From the NCBI RefSeq assembly GCF_009914755.1, contig NC_060929.1: a stretch of DNA of 64,000 nucleotides; one strand, given 5' to 3'. The position numbers and the translations under genes are program-made. The notes beneath the pieces are model-generated. The model was not told the DNA's origin and did not search any database. It was given only the letters and a program-made list of their open reading frames with translations. Below, piece by piece: positions 31,701 to 45,129 of this stretch; the first letter of the stretch is position 1, and every line of letters starts with the position of its first letter. The stretch comes from the human T2T-CHM13v2.0 reference genome, Homo sapiens.

Positions 31701-33556
31701 GGTACAAGATTTTTTGATTGCCATGCGTGTTGAATTACTCGTGCAATTGATTTCTCTGTGTGAAAGCAGATGAGCAAGAGTTCACTGCATTTTAAAGTTG
31801 TTACCTGAAAGGTCAAATGTATTCCTTTTTTGACACTATTTCCATTTGGGGTTTAAGCAAACATTTATATTAGGTTGCACATTACTGTGTTCAGGATACA
31901 GTTATTATATTTATCAGATTGTTGCCAGCTACTCTGCATTTTTTTTCCTGGCTCTGAAAGCACATGCATATTCTAGGCCTGTGCTCTGAAATTTTTTGAA
32001 GTACTATTGTTGACATTTAGAGCATTCTGTGCTGCAAGTGTCTTCACCCCAGAATGCGACGTGCACCAGTGAACAGAGGTCAGGCAAGGCGAAAAGTTGT
32101 TTGTCATCTGCCAAGCTGTTTGTAACAACCAGATAAAAGTATATTCCTATTTTCAGATTTAAAATGTAAACATACATCTCTAGTCCCAACCAGTCTCTTT
32201 ATTTTGGAATGTTAATGTAGAAATGTCCCCTTGCCGGCAGCTAGCCCAATCTTCTTTTCACAGTCACCCGTTCCAGAGGTTATGTTTATAGCTAGAACCA
32301 GTGTATTTTGGCTTTTGCCTTTATTTATTCTTTATGAGAACTGGGAACTATGGTGACCCAGCAAAAGCCTGGGTGACCATGGAAGTAGTCTGTATTAGCG
32401 CCTGGACACCAGAGAAAAGGGAAAATGTGATCCTCATTCAGCCCTGGTTGATAGAGATCATGCCTTTAAATGGTCAGTCTCAAAGACATTCAGTTGTCAC
32501 AAGTGCAGATTTACCAGTTGGCAGTTCAGATTGTTACTGTACAGTGAGTGTGAGGGTCTTTAGAACTGGTTTTAGTAATGTAGCATATATACAGGAATCT
32601 TAGGGGATGTGTCATACTGTTTTCAATAGTCAGGGATAGCATATTGGTTAATCCCAGGCACTTCTGACACATATGGTTCTGATTGTGTAGGCAGAATGGG
32701 CATGACAAGGAGGGAACCTTATCAGCTCTTTAAACTAAGTCTGGGTTACATTATACAGACCATCCAATTCTTTGCCCTCCTATTCCCATTTTCTCATTCC
32801 CCAGTTTATTCATTCTTACCATTTTAATGAAAATGGTAAGCTCTGCTGTCAACAACAGATCTCAGCTCTTGGATCCTTTTATTGGATCTTACTATTTAGT
32901 ATGGACCACTTTTCTTTTTGAGGTATCAACTCTTTAATTTAGGTCTTTTATATATAAAACCATTGATTTTGTTTTCAGGTTAGTTTTCTGCCTTAGCTGT
33001 TTTCTTTCTTAGCATTTTAAAAGTGTGAAGTCAATCTATTTTATTAAAAGTTCAATACATCTAAATTCACAAGTAAGAGATGTTATGTAATGTCTGGATA
33101 GTGTAATGATTATTTGTTTCTGGTTTCCTCTTCTTTCTTCTTTCCTTTCTTTTTAAAAAATACTTAAAAGCATATATGAAGATTACTTACAATTCTTCAT
33201 ATAACTAATGAGGTCTTCTGCAGCAAAAGGCCAACCAGTTTACATAATATAATCTTTTTATTTTAGATGAGAACGTTGCTATTTCCTGAACCTACTTCTG
33301 CTCAACACCTATTTCTCTTTTAGTTACCATCATCCTTTGCCTTAGGTATCCCACCTTTCTATTTTGTTAACTTTTTTCTCTGGTCATATCACCAGCATCT
33401 CTTCTGGTTAGTTCCTTTGGCTGCTTTTTTAAACTTAGTTTTATATAGACTCCTTGAGAGTATTCGTTATTCTTATCAACCACTTGAACTCAGAGTTATT
33501 GATATGGGCGGTAGGCTCTTTACTCTTAGCAGCCATCAAATCACTATTATGTTTTC

Positions 33557-35625
33557 TTTTTTTAAATTATTATACTTTGAGTTTTGGGATACATGTGCAG
33601 AACGTTGCAGGTTTGTTACATAGGTATACACGTGCCATGGTGGTTTGCAACTCATCATCTACATTAGACATTTCTTGTAATGCTATTCCTCTCCTAGTCC
33701 CCCACCCCCTGACAGGCCCTGGTGTGTGATGTTCCCCTATCTGTGTCCATGTGTTCTCATTGTTCACCTCTCACTTATGAGTGAGAATATGTGGTGTTTG
33801 GTTTTCTGTTTCTGTGTTAGTTTGCTGAGAATGATGGTTTCCAGCTTCATCCATGTCCCTGCAAAGGACATGAACTCATGCTTTTTTATGGCTGCATAGT
33901 ATTCCATGGTATACTGCATAGTATTCCATGGTATACTGCATAGTATTCCATGGTATACTGCATAGTATTCCATGATATATAAAATGGTACCACATTTTCT
34001 TTATCCAGTCTATCATTGATGGGCATTTGGGTTGGTTCCAAGTCTTTGCTATTGTGAATAGTGCTGCAGTAAACATACGTGTGCATGTGTCTTTATAGTA
34101 GAATGATTTATAATCCTTTGAGTATATACACAGTAATGGGATTGCTGGGTCAAATGGCATTTCTAGTTCTAGATCCTTGAGGAATTGCCACACTGTCTTC
34201 CACAATGGTTGAACTAATTTATACTCTCACCAACAGTGTAAAAGCATTTCTGTTTCTCCACATCCTCTCCAGCATCTGTTGTTTCCTGACTTTTTAATGA
34301 TTGCCATTCTAACTGGCATGAGATGGTATCTCATTGTGGTTTTGATTTGCATTTCTCTAATGACCAGTGATGATGAACTTTTTTTATATATGTTTGTTGG
34401 CTGCATAAATGTCTTCTTTTGAGAAGTGTCTGTTCATATCCTTTGCCCACTTTTTGATGAGGTTTTTGTTTTTTTCTTGTAAATTTGTTTAAGTTCCTTG
34501 TAGATTCTGGTTATTAGACCTTTGTCAGATGGATAGATTGGAAAAATTTTCTCCCATTCTGTAGGTTGCCTGTTCATGCTGATGATAGTTTCCTTTGCTG
34601 TGCAGAAGCTCTTTAGTTTAATTAGATCCCATTTGTCAATTTTGGCTTGTGTTGCCATTGCCTTTGGTGTTTTAGTCATAAAGTCGTTGCCCATGCCTAT
34701 GTCTTGAATGGTATTGCCTAGGTTTTCTTCTAGGGTTTTTATGGTTTTAGGTCTTATGCTTAAGTCTAATCCATCTTGAGTTAATTTCTGTACAAGGTGT
34801 AAGGAAGGGGTCCAGTTTCAGTTTTCTGCATATGGCTAGCCAGTTTTCCCAACACCATTTATTAAATAGGGAATCCTTTCCCCATTTCTTGTTTTTGTCA
34901 AGTTTGTCAAAGATCAGATGGTTGTAGATGTGTGGTATTATTTCTGAGGCCTCTGTTCTGTTCCATTGGTCTATATATCTGTTTTGGTACCAGTACCATG
35001 ATGTTTTGGTTACTGTAGCCTTGTAATATAGTTTGAAGTCAGGTAGTGTGATGCCTCCAGCTTTGTTCTTTTTGCTTAGGATTGTCTTGGTTATAAGGGC
35101 TCTTTTTTGGTTCCATGTGAACTTTAAAGTAGTTTTTTCCAATTCTGTGAAGAAAGTCAATGGTAGCTTGATGGGGATAGCATTGAATCTGTATAAATTT
35201 TGGGACACTACTGCCCATTAATGGGATTACTCAGTCAAATGGTATTTCTGGTTCTAGATCCTTGAGGAATTGCCACACTGTCTTCCACAATGGCTGAACT
35301 AATTTACGCTCCCACCAACAGTGTAAAAGCATTCCTCTTTCTCCACATCCTCTCCACCATCTCTTTTTTCTCATTATTTTGGGCAGGATGGCCATTTTCA
35401 TGATATTGAGTCTTCCTATCCATGAGCATGGAATGTTTTTCCATTTGTTTGTGTCCTCTCTTATTTACTCGAGTAGTAGTTTGTAGTTCTCCTTGAAGAG
35501 TTCCTTCACATCCCTAGTAAGTTGTATTCCTAGGTATTTTATTCTGTTTATAGCAATTGTGAATGGGAGTTCACTCATGATTTGGCTCTCTGTTTGTCTA
35601 TTATTGGTGTATAGGAATGCTTGTG
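33557..35625 (-). mobile_element. 5'-truncated L1PA7-like element with internal rearrangements
   Basis: L1PA 3'UTR and frameshifted ORF2; perfect 22-bp flanking repeat atcaaatcactattatgttttc at 33535-33556 and 35626-35647. Confidence 0.95.
33892..33979. repeat. 22-bp x4 tandem repeat inside L1
   Basis: ctgcatagtattccatggtata x3 plus one copy with a single mismatch. Confidence 0.95.
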
Positions 35626-36660
35626 ATCAAATCACTATTATGTTTTCACATAGATGACTTTAAAAAGTTGGGCTTACATAGGTTTTATTTGAACATTAAT
35701 TATTACACTATGTGAAGACAGTGATGTGAAATTTTTTATGCCATCTATGTATGGCAATACCTAATTAAGTTAGTACAGTAATAACATAGATGTTAAAGAC
35801 ATCATTTCAAGTAGGGGCTTTATTACATATCATCCCTCATGGTATAAATGTTTCGTCTTATTCCACATGAAACCTATTTTGTGATATAGATTTAATTTTT
35901 ATTAAAGAATTGTTTACATTTTCATTTAATGGAAGCTGTAATTAGTAAACCTAGAACTACTTAAGACACTAGTTTATGATAAGATTGAAAATATGTATAC
36001 ATACAAATTCATTTATTTCCATGTTTTTTCAGCAAAAATTCATGTTGTTTTGGCTATAGTAACGTTAAACTCTCCTTAGGTAGAATATTTTTTCTTGGAA
36101 AGTGTTTTGGTTCAAATATATTTTTAGAAGTCCGAACAGGGATAAACCGAAGCTGTACTAAGATGACTACTTAGAAGGAGTTACAACCTCAAACAAAAAA
36201 AAGTTGTAGTGAGAAGTTAGGCAAACAAAAGAGATGCTTTTATAGTTGACTCTCTTGGGAAAAACTATACATAAATAAATACAACCTGTTTCATTTGATA
36301 AATTAATAGCTGACGTTATTTTCATATCAGAAGGAGAACTAGACATCTGTGACTTATGGCCTAATTCTGATCATCAGGGAGAAAATTGACTGGTAAAGTA
36401 GAATCTTGAGAGAAATCAGTATGTAATTTGTGAGTTTATTACAGCCAAGGAAGGCAGTGCTATAGGGATTTGGATGCATATTCTAATTTAGACATTAGAA
36501 GAGGAGCCTTCAGAAAGTTTTGCAGAAAAAAAGTAGGTGTTGTATTTCAAGAGGAATGGAAAGATCTTTTTGTAAACAAATATGGGCAATATACCTGTTA
36601 GCAATCTTGATGAGCAGGAGATGGAAAAATGGCTAAAGGGAGTGCTTTGACTAACTAGTA

Positions 36661-36949
36661 CAGTTATGTGTCACTTAATGATGGGGATAAATTCTGAGAA
36701 ATGTGTTATTAGGAAATTTTGTCAGATTATATTTCCACAAACCAAATGCACCTAGGCTATAGGGTATAGCCTGTTGCCCCTGTACAACGTGATACTGTAC
36801 AGAATGCTGTAGGCACTTGTAACACAACGGTATTTGTGTATCTAAACATAGAAAAGGTACAGTAAAAATGCAGTATTATAATCTTACAGGACCACTGTCA
36901 TAGATGTGGTCCGTCATTGACCAAAATGTTGGTGTGTGGTTCATGACTG
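36661..36949 (+). mobile_element. Tigger3a/MER7-type MITE
   Basis: Ends cagttatg.../...catgactg flanked by TA on both sides; internal tgtgtatctaaacatagaaaaggtacagtaaaa. Confidence 0.88.
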
Positions 36950-37296
36950 TATTTTAAGTATACAAAAATGTCTGTAACCATAGCCATAAAGAAATGTGAT
37001 GGCAGCAAGATAGGGAGCTTGAATCATTACACACACACCATATATTTTTGATACATTATATATGTAATAATTGCCAAAGGAATTTAAAAACAAAATTCAA
37101 CAAAACAGCATGTTCAAACTATGAAAGGAACACAAAGCCAAGGACAGTTGCTCAAATTAGTAAAATATAATACCAGAAAGACTAAATCTCAGAAAGAGAT
37201 GAGATATGTAAAAGTCTCAAATGACACAAAATAGCTGTCTGCTTTTATATGTGAATTCATGTATGTGTACATATTTGGGTTTTTTTAGGTAGGCAA

Positions 37297-37303
<7 letters not shown>

Positions 37304-37334
<31 letters not shown>
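37304..37334. repeat. (TG)n microsatellite
   Basis: About 15 units. Confidence 0.95.
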
Positions 37335-37336
<2 letters not shown>

Positions 37337-37457
37337 CAAATATGTTCTCTTTTGTTAACATTCCTCTGTCTAAATATGAATATTAAATATCCACGTGGAG
37401 CTAAAACATTGGGAGCATAAACATCTGAAAAGCTTAACCCACTGCTTGAGAAGATAG

Positions 37458-37769
<312 letters not shown>

Positions 37770-37815
37770 TAATGGCTGGCAGAGAATAAGACAACTCTCT
37801 TTCTCTCTTGCTCTG

Positions 37816-37844
37816 TTTTTTTTTTTTTTTTTTTTTTTTTTTTT
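37816..37844. repeat. T29 homopolymer
   Basis: Direct count. Confidence 0.95.
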
Positions 37845-38341
37845 GGTAAAGGGCTTTTAAAACAATATTTAAAAAACAAAACCAAGATGGTATTAAACAT
37901 AAAGGAAATATCCAGCAAAACTGAAAATGGCCCAAGCTTCCGGAAACACCATTTTTTATACCTTGTTCTTTAAACCACAGAGCAGTCTCTTCTCTCCTTC
38001 TCTTCCCCACTACACCAAAAAGGACAAGACACAAATCTGTGCCAGGGGTCTCAATTTAGAGGTAGCACTCCTCCTAATCATCACTTCATTTTATAATTAT
38101 TTTATTCTTAGACTTACCGAATGCTAAACAAGTAAAAAGAATGTTTTAGTTTTTTCCCAATTTGTCAATAATAAATTATTAAGATATTTATTTTCATTTA
38201 TAATATAGTCTAGAGCATATGATGAGTCTACATTCTATCTTGAAATAGCAAAAATTTTCATAAGCTGTAATAGCTAAAGAGAAGTTAAAAATCCGTCATA
38301 CTATTTAAAATGTTAAATTGTTATAGAGGATACTTGCATGC

Positions 38342-38655
38342 TGTATTAGATAAATAATAAATAAACCACAAAACTCACCGGTTTAACAGAAGTGTGTGTT
38401 TGTTTGTTTTTTAATCGAGTAGATCTCATTTATCTTATTGACATCACTTGGAAAAGTTTTCAGCATTGACAAGAGAAGAAAAGAGTCAAAGGCTCACTTG
38501 GGATGATGTTAAGGGCAGGCCTGGAAGAAGCATACATCACTTTCACCCTTGTTCCACTGGCCAGACCCTAGCCACTTGACCCCCACCTAACTGCAGGGGA
38601 GGCTGGGAAATGTATACGAGCTTGTGCATATTTGGTGAGTGCTGCTTCTATCATA
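38342..38655 (-). mobile_element. Old MaLR LTR (MLT1J/K-like)
   Basis: ccccacctaactgcaggggaggctgggaaatgta motif. Confidence 0.65.
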
Positions 38656-38903
38656 GACTGTTAAATTAGTCAGATGAATGTTTATTGCAAACAGTGTGCA
38701 TGGGACTTTTCTAGGCACAGGGCTGAATACAAAGATGAATAAGTCATGGCTTCTTCACCCAAGTGGATCATAATCCAGCACTCATTGTAGACTATAGCTT
38801 ATATTTAGTTTTAGATTCTCAAAACAAATTCATTGCCTATTCCTAGTGTTATGAGACTAATAACTATTTTTTTAAAACAGCCAAGCAATTTATATCTACC
38901 ATC

Positions 38904-39372
38904 TGTATCAGTTAAAATTTAGGCAAGAAACAGATGGCACATTCAAATTAGGTAATTTGAAGACTGCTAAATAAAGGGACTATGTAAAGGTGTGGGCTGG
39001 GCCTAGGAGGGAAACTACAAGGTATAGGAAACCACCACAAATTCAATACTGGAAGGATGACAGCAGGATGTCTTTACCATTTCCAGTGCTGAAACAGTGA
39101 GGGGAAGAAGTGGTTTCTGGGATCTAGAGACAGAGTTGTGACCTTGGGCCAGTGGGAATAGCCTTCTCCCCATTTGACCTTGCAAGAAGAGAGCCAACAA
39201 AATAAATTCTCTAATGTTACTGTCCTTCTGGTCTCCTGTTGGTATTGCCTATTAGCTGGATCCCACTGGAAGCCAGAGGGCAAGGGAGGCTGTTGATGTA
39301 ATTTATGTAGGTTACCTTTCTGGGGCAGGGGTCAGAAGGGTGGATCCTTGATCTGGAGAAGCAAATAGCACA
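38904..39372 (-). mobile_element. ERVL LTR16-like
   Basis: tgtatcagtt...gaaacagatggcacattcaaa...ctggaagccagagggcaagggag...gcaca. Confidence 0.65.
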
Positions 39373-39864
39373 CCATCCTAAATTTTTTTTCATCTATTTG
39401 GCCAGTATTATTGAGGCCCTGCTAATTGCAAAGCTGTAAATAGTATAAGACCATATACAAAAGACATGACTTTTCTTTCAGGGATCTTGCTCTCTTGTGT
39501 GGGAGAAGAGACCACCACCAAAAACAAAATTTAAAGATAAGTCTCTGGAAGATTTGTGTTTAGGCGGTGATTGAGTGCCACATGGACTATAAGATGAAGT
39601 GAAAGTGGTATCATTCAAAAAAAGAAGAGATTCATATGCACACAAATTGTTAGGGAAGGCTTTGTAGAGAAAACAAAACTTAAACTTGGTTATAAAGGGT
39701 TGACAGTTTTTGTAGATAGGATGGCAGTCACACATGCATATAATTGGCTCAAAGTACAATGAGTGTAGACTCTAGATGAAGGTGGAAACTCATACAAAGT
39801 TAATGAGAGATTTTTTAAATAATTTGAGGTCATACTTTAGAAGGTCATAAGGAGAAATCTCAGG

Positions 39865-40165
39865 GTTCGTGCTTTTTAAAAACTGTCCTAATGTTCTGGG
39901 AGAGGTTACAAGGTGCCATGTGGTAAAAGTGTTCTGCAATGAAATAAATGTATAAAATGCATACTTTCCAACCCTTGGATGTATGCAATGTGTATTCAAC
40001 ATATTAAAAGCTCTGAAAAATCTTGCTATAAAGAAACCACTTTTTCCATTTATCTATACTTGGTGAAAGAACCCATCCCCTTTCCCCTACTCGCTTTTAA
40101 AAATCAAAACATGGTGAAAATCATATGAAACTTCAGTATTCTATAAAACATATCTTTGGAAATGG
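39865..40165. mobile_element. hAT-Charlie-like MER
   Basis: catattaaaagctctgaaaaatcttgctataaagaaacc; same family as 11560-11830. Confidence 0.5.
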
Positions 40166-40452
40166 TTCTATAAATAATGGGAAGCCTTTGAATAGTTCTG
40201 AAGGATTTATGACATGATTAGAGGGGTATTTTTAGGGTATTATTCTGACAAGATGGATTTTAGTGCACATGATCATTTAAGAACAATTGTTATTGCAGTA
40301 ATACAGGCACATGGTGCAGGTCTGAAGTGAAGGGTAGTAGTTGAGCTGCAAAAAATGCAGACTTCTGAGGGCCATTAGGAAAGACATGACAGCATGACTT
40401 GGTGGTTGATTGAATATGGGTGATGGGAGGGACTGAATATGGGTGATGAGAC

Positions 40453-40477
40453 GGGGGGTGGGAGGGAGGGAGGCGGG

Positions 40478-40521
<44 letters not shown>
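40453..40521 (+). repeat. G-run tract plus (GA)n polypurine
   Basis: ggggggtgggagggagggaggcgggggaagagagag... Confidence 0.9.
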
Positions 40522-41345
40522 GTCAGCAATGTTACAAACTATAACTTTAAGGCCTAAATCTTCCAGTTCTGTGGGAGTTTGTTAAACTGCAATCTATAAT
40601 GTACATAGATCATCAAAAATAAAATACTCTAAAAGACATTTGAGAAGACTAAGTGAAAGTATAAAAAAGGCAACATAATGCCTATTCTGCAAATGAGTGT
40701 AAAAGAATATATCCTGCAAATAATTGTGCATTATTACCCTGGTATTAAAATTGATTGTGATTCAGAGACTTAGAAGAGCTGTGTTCTGACCAAACAAGGT
40801 TTATGGACCAGACCACTGGGACTGTAGCCAGCTCAAACTGTACTCATTGGTCACACCTGTAAATGTAGAACTTTTATTAACCCCACCCCCCAGAAAAAGA
40901 ATTTTGGCATAGTTTACAGTAAGAGCCAACTCTATCTTGTTTATTTGAGGTATTATTAGGAGTGATAATCTAAAAGCATTGCTAATTTTTATAGTATTTT
41001 TCTCTCTTACCTTTTAAACCAAAATCATGTTAGGGACCAAATGCTTGCTTAATGTTTGATTTGAGCCACATACTAAAAGAAACTGATTGGTGTTGGATAA
41101 AGAGGTAAATGCTAAGTAAATCTTTTCAAAATTATTTGTTATTAAGTTATTATTAATCATCCAAAAAGGGTGACAAAAACCAATAACTCCATAACATTTG
41201 AGGTCATGTTTCTTAATTGATGCTCTCTTTGCAGCTATAACTTTTTTTTTTCATTTCATTTTATATGCTTGCTGTCATTTGCCCATTTCTCTTCTTTGCA
41301 TGAATGCTTTTTTGTTTATCTTGTTACATGTGTTTTTATTTATAG

Positions 41346-41404
41346 AAGACAAAGTACAATGTGATACTTCTTCATTATTACTTGCTAAATTCCTTGTTTA
41401 AATG
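41346..41404 (+). other. Candidate 59-bp cassette exon
   Basis: About 120-nt pyrimidine-rich tract ending tttttatttatag|; consensus donor atg|gtaagt; lies in non-repeat DNA. Confidence 0.4.
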
Positions 41405-42475
41405 GTAAGTCCCTATTTTAATATAGTTTTGGGGATAAATTTACTGAAAATATTCAGTGCTTATATTTTCAGTTTTGAATTTATTCATATTGTGACAGTA
41501 ATTGGTAGAAAACTGTTTCTCACAGCTGACAGGCCAAAAAAAAAAAAAAAAAAGTCTTGGGGACAAAGCTACCACATGCCAGAGTGCTGAGGACCCATCA
41601 GATATTTAAGGAAGTGGCATTTGTACTCGCATTATTTAAGTTACTGTTGAAAAAAAGAGATGGGAAGAGACTATATTTGTAACAAGCATATTATAGAATT
41701 CATTTTCTAAAAAATCATGTTTCTGAAGAATAGAACATCTATCAGATGTTTTATAAAGCACATGTAACTAATAGATAATAGTTCTTCTCCAAAAGAACTG
41801 GAAACCATGAATGCTATCTTTTTTAGAATCCCAAAATTTAAAGAAATATTTCTGCTTCCTAGAAAATAGTAATTAAGCCCAAATTTCCAACTGAATCTCA
41901 ATCAATAGTTGTACTATTTTCTACCACAGAAATGCTATTCAGTAAATGGTATAAGTGATGATATAATGTATACTTAACTTCTGTTTTGCCAATTAACTTA
42001 GATCATTCTCAAACTGTGATTTAGGGGACGGCTGGTGTCCTTAAGAATCCCTCAGGTGGTGAGATAGCCAGTCATTAGTTTTAATGATTATGGCTGTATT
42101 TCTCTTTCTGGCAAGGATGAATAATTATGCTTAGTAAGAACCATAGCATCTCATTGATTTCTCATCAAAGAAAACAAACATTGCCCTTAATTCTGATGAG
42201 GTATGCTGGACAAACAGGAATGGGTGGAACAGTCATCCCTACTTTATTTTATTTTTAATAGTTTATGAACTAAATTTTGAGGAGCCATTACTATAGATCA
42301 AGATACTATAACTCTTTAGAACTTTGAAGATATTCTGTTAAATCATCTCAGATCCATTACTGAAATGAAGACTTTAAAACCTTCTTAAGAAGTTGCTAAG
42401 CTGTTGAACACTTGAACTTGAAGTTTACACAACCTGGCAAGTATTTTTTTGTTCTTTTTCCTCATACATGGTCAA

Positions 42476-42641
42476 TATAGTGGGTTGAATAGTGTCCCCC
42501 CAAAAAATGTATATCCATTTGAAACCTCAGAATGTTATCTTATTTGGAAGTAGGGTGTTTGTCTATACAGTTAAGTTAAGATGGGATCAGATTATGGTCG
42601 ACTCTAAATCTAATGACTGGTATCTTTATAGGAAGAGGAAA

Positions 42642-42685
<44 letters not shown>

Positions 42686-42910
42686 GCGCGCGCAAGTTGA
42701 AAGCAGAGATTGGAGTAATGCAGCTACAAGCCAAGGAAGGCCAGGAGCCACTAGAAAAGGCAAAGAAAGATTCTTCCCTAGAGCCTTCAGAGGACCCTCC
42801 CTCCCTATACTTTCATTTCAGACTTTAGCCTCCAGAACAGAGACAATGAATTTCTGTTAAGTCACACAATTTGTGATTCTTTGTTATGGCAGCCCTAGGA
42901 AACCAAAATA
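42476..42910 (+). mobile_element. MLT1B/C-like MaLR solo LTR
   Basis: tgggttgaatagtgtcccccc...gcagagattggagtaatgcagctacaagccaagga...gttatggcagccctaggaaac; near-TSD gtcaa/gtcag. Confidence 0.88.
42644..42694. repeat. (AC)20-(CG)5 compound microsatellite
   Basis: Direct reading. Confidence 0.95.
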
Positions 42911-44639
42911 GTCAGTATTCCTGAACATTCTCCCATAAATATATATTTTTTTGCCTTTTTTTTTGTACAAATTTCTATCATTTACTAAGCTATGAAGTAC
43001 TTGAGAGGAGAACTGTGTCACACTCATTCTATACCTGATTTCAGAACCCCACAAGTATTTATTAGCATATAACTGTGGGATAGTCTTATTTTTTAAGATT
43101 CACAAATATATTCTTCATGAGAACACGTTAGTTTTTATTAAGTATGCATATTAGAGAGAGACTGGAGTATAAATAACTGTAAGGATATTTTGTATGAAAA
43201 AATAATTGTAGATAATTACCAGGTTTGGGTTTCTATAGTTAGCAAAAGTAGGATAACTGTTGTTATCATGTTTATGTCCCATTCATATGAAAAATAAAAT
43301 CCAAAGTGGGTTTTAAGTAAATGAAATCCCTAAGGGACTGTCAACCTGAATTATCCAGAGAATATTCAGTTTGTCATAATTTTGCTCCAATATTATAGAG
43401 CACAGCTGAAAATAACTGCTTAACTATCAAAATTCTATCCAAAGCACAGATCATTTATAAAGATTAACATTTAGTAAAATGACTTACAAATGTGTTTAAA
43501 GTAACATGGTATTTTATGAAGAGCTAATATTCAGAAGTAACATCTAAGAGGATATATACAAATTTAAATTTTTTAAACTTTAAAGGATTGGATTATAGCT
43601 TACATTTCTGAGATATGAAAAATTACCATCAAGTAATATTCTTATCTCAATGTAAACATATTCTCCATTTACTAGTATAATTTTTATCTCTCTTTAAATA
43701 GAAGTAGTTTTATAAGTATTTGAATATTTTTGATCGAAGAGTTGAAATACTACCAATAGAGGTACTAATGACTATTTGAGGTGGTTGTAGGTTGTTTTTT
43801 CACCCGTACCAGTTTTTTTCATGAATTTTAATACACAAAGATTCCCAGTGTTGGTTTTAAATTCTTACAGGCTAAGAGAGACTTAGTCTTAGAGAGATTG
43901 TAGGTAAGAAATATAATTAATATTTTAACTCATTACTGAGAATAGACCAATACTTTCGAGTTTAAAACTTGGTAGACTTAACTATGTGACTCTTTCAGTT
44001 ACTGCAAGTAATAAATTATGAATTATAAGCAACGTTTAGTTTATCCAATCAGGTGAATAAGCATCACTTGTAATGGTTAAATCTTTATGTGTCCATGGGC
44101 AGACATTCAAGTTATCTTCTACTAATAAGGAGAAAAGAGTCATTGTTCTTAGTTGGTAGGTGACATTTTTTCCCAGATATTTGTTCACCATGTGTCTTAG
44201 AGGAAAGTGAAGATTTTAAGGGCTACTTAAAAATTATTTTCTCTCCGCTTTCCAACGATGCTTTCACATGCCATGAATCAATCTAAAAATCCCCATTGCA
44301 GTCATGGGCAAACCAGATGTGCTTCTTGAAGTCTGACAGTTTTCCTGACATATCATGTGAGTGAATCATATGGGTAACATTTTTCATAATAAACTCCAAT
44401 TTGAAATCCAGGTATGACCACGTAGATTTGTCACTAATACGCTAGAGTCTTTTTTAGACTATATTTGTACTTTTGGACTTAGAACTATTATTTTAAATAC
44501 CTAAATTAGCACAGTAACTTTGATAGCACTGTTTTAGCCATAGGAGATTATTTAACCTTATTCAAAATTCATTGGTCCTTTATAAACAAATAATTCCATG
44601 ATTATAATTTAAATTTTTTATAAACTCACATGATCATTA

Positions 44640-45040
44640 TTAGAGGACCAGTTCCATAAATTATGGTACATTTACACAATGGATACAGCTGTTAAAAAAA
44701 GATATGTTCTATGTATTAATATGAAAAAATCTTCAACTATATTATTGTATAAAAAGGAAAAGTACAGAACAATTTGTAGAATAAACTATTTGTGGAAAAA
44801 CAAAAGTGAGGAAATTCTATGTATGTATGTATTTGTGTGTAATATATATATAGAGAGATATACATTTATATTGACTTTATATGCATAAAAATAATCTGAG
44901 AAAGGATAAACTAATAAAGAGGGGTTGCCAGTTGTGTGTGTGCATGGGTGGGAACTTACCAGATGGGACTGCATGAGGGAGTTTTTTTATTATATACTAT
45001 TTTATGCTTTATTCTTGAACCATGTGAATATATTAGTCCA
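44640..45040 (+). mobile_element. L1ME-like 3' fragment
   Basis: ataaattatggtacatttacacaatgga; ttgaaccatgtgaatatatt. Confidence 0.65.
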
Positions 45041-45129
45041 AATTTAGACAGATAGATAATGTTCTGTTTTTAAAACTATGGTAGTGAATTCTGTTTTATG
45101 AAAAATCCAGTAAACAGAAACCAACTTTA

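Larger units (their letters stand above)
39385..40530 (-). mobile_element. L2 fragment interrupted by a hAT element
   Basis: tagggaaggctttgtagag; taatgggaagcctttgaa; ttattgcagtaatacaggc; gacttggtggttgattgaat. Confidence 0.6.

Noticed and set aside
33892-33979. CRISPR-like array
   Set aside because: Head-to-tail repeats without spacers, derived from L1 ORF2; eukaryotic context; no cas genes.
37816-38100. Processed pseudogene ending in poly-A on the - strand
   Set aside because: No AATAAA near the tract on the - strand, no TSD found and no recognisable coding sequence.
42492-42860. His-Thr repeat protein
   Set aside because: Translation of the (AC)n microsatellite within an MLT1 LTR.
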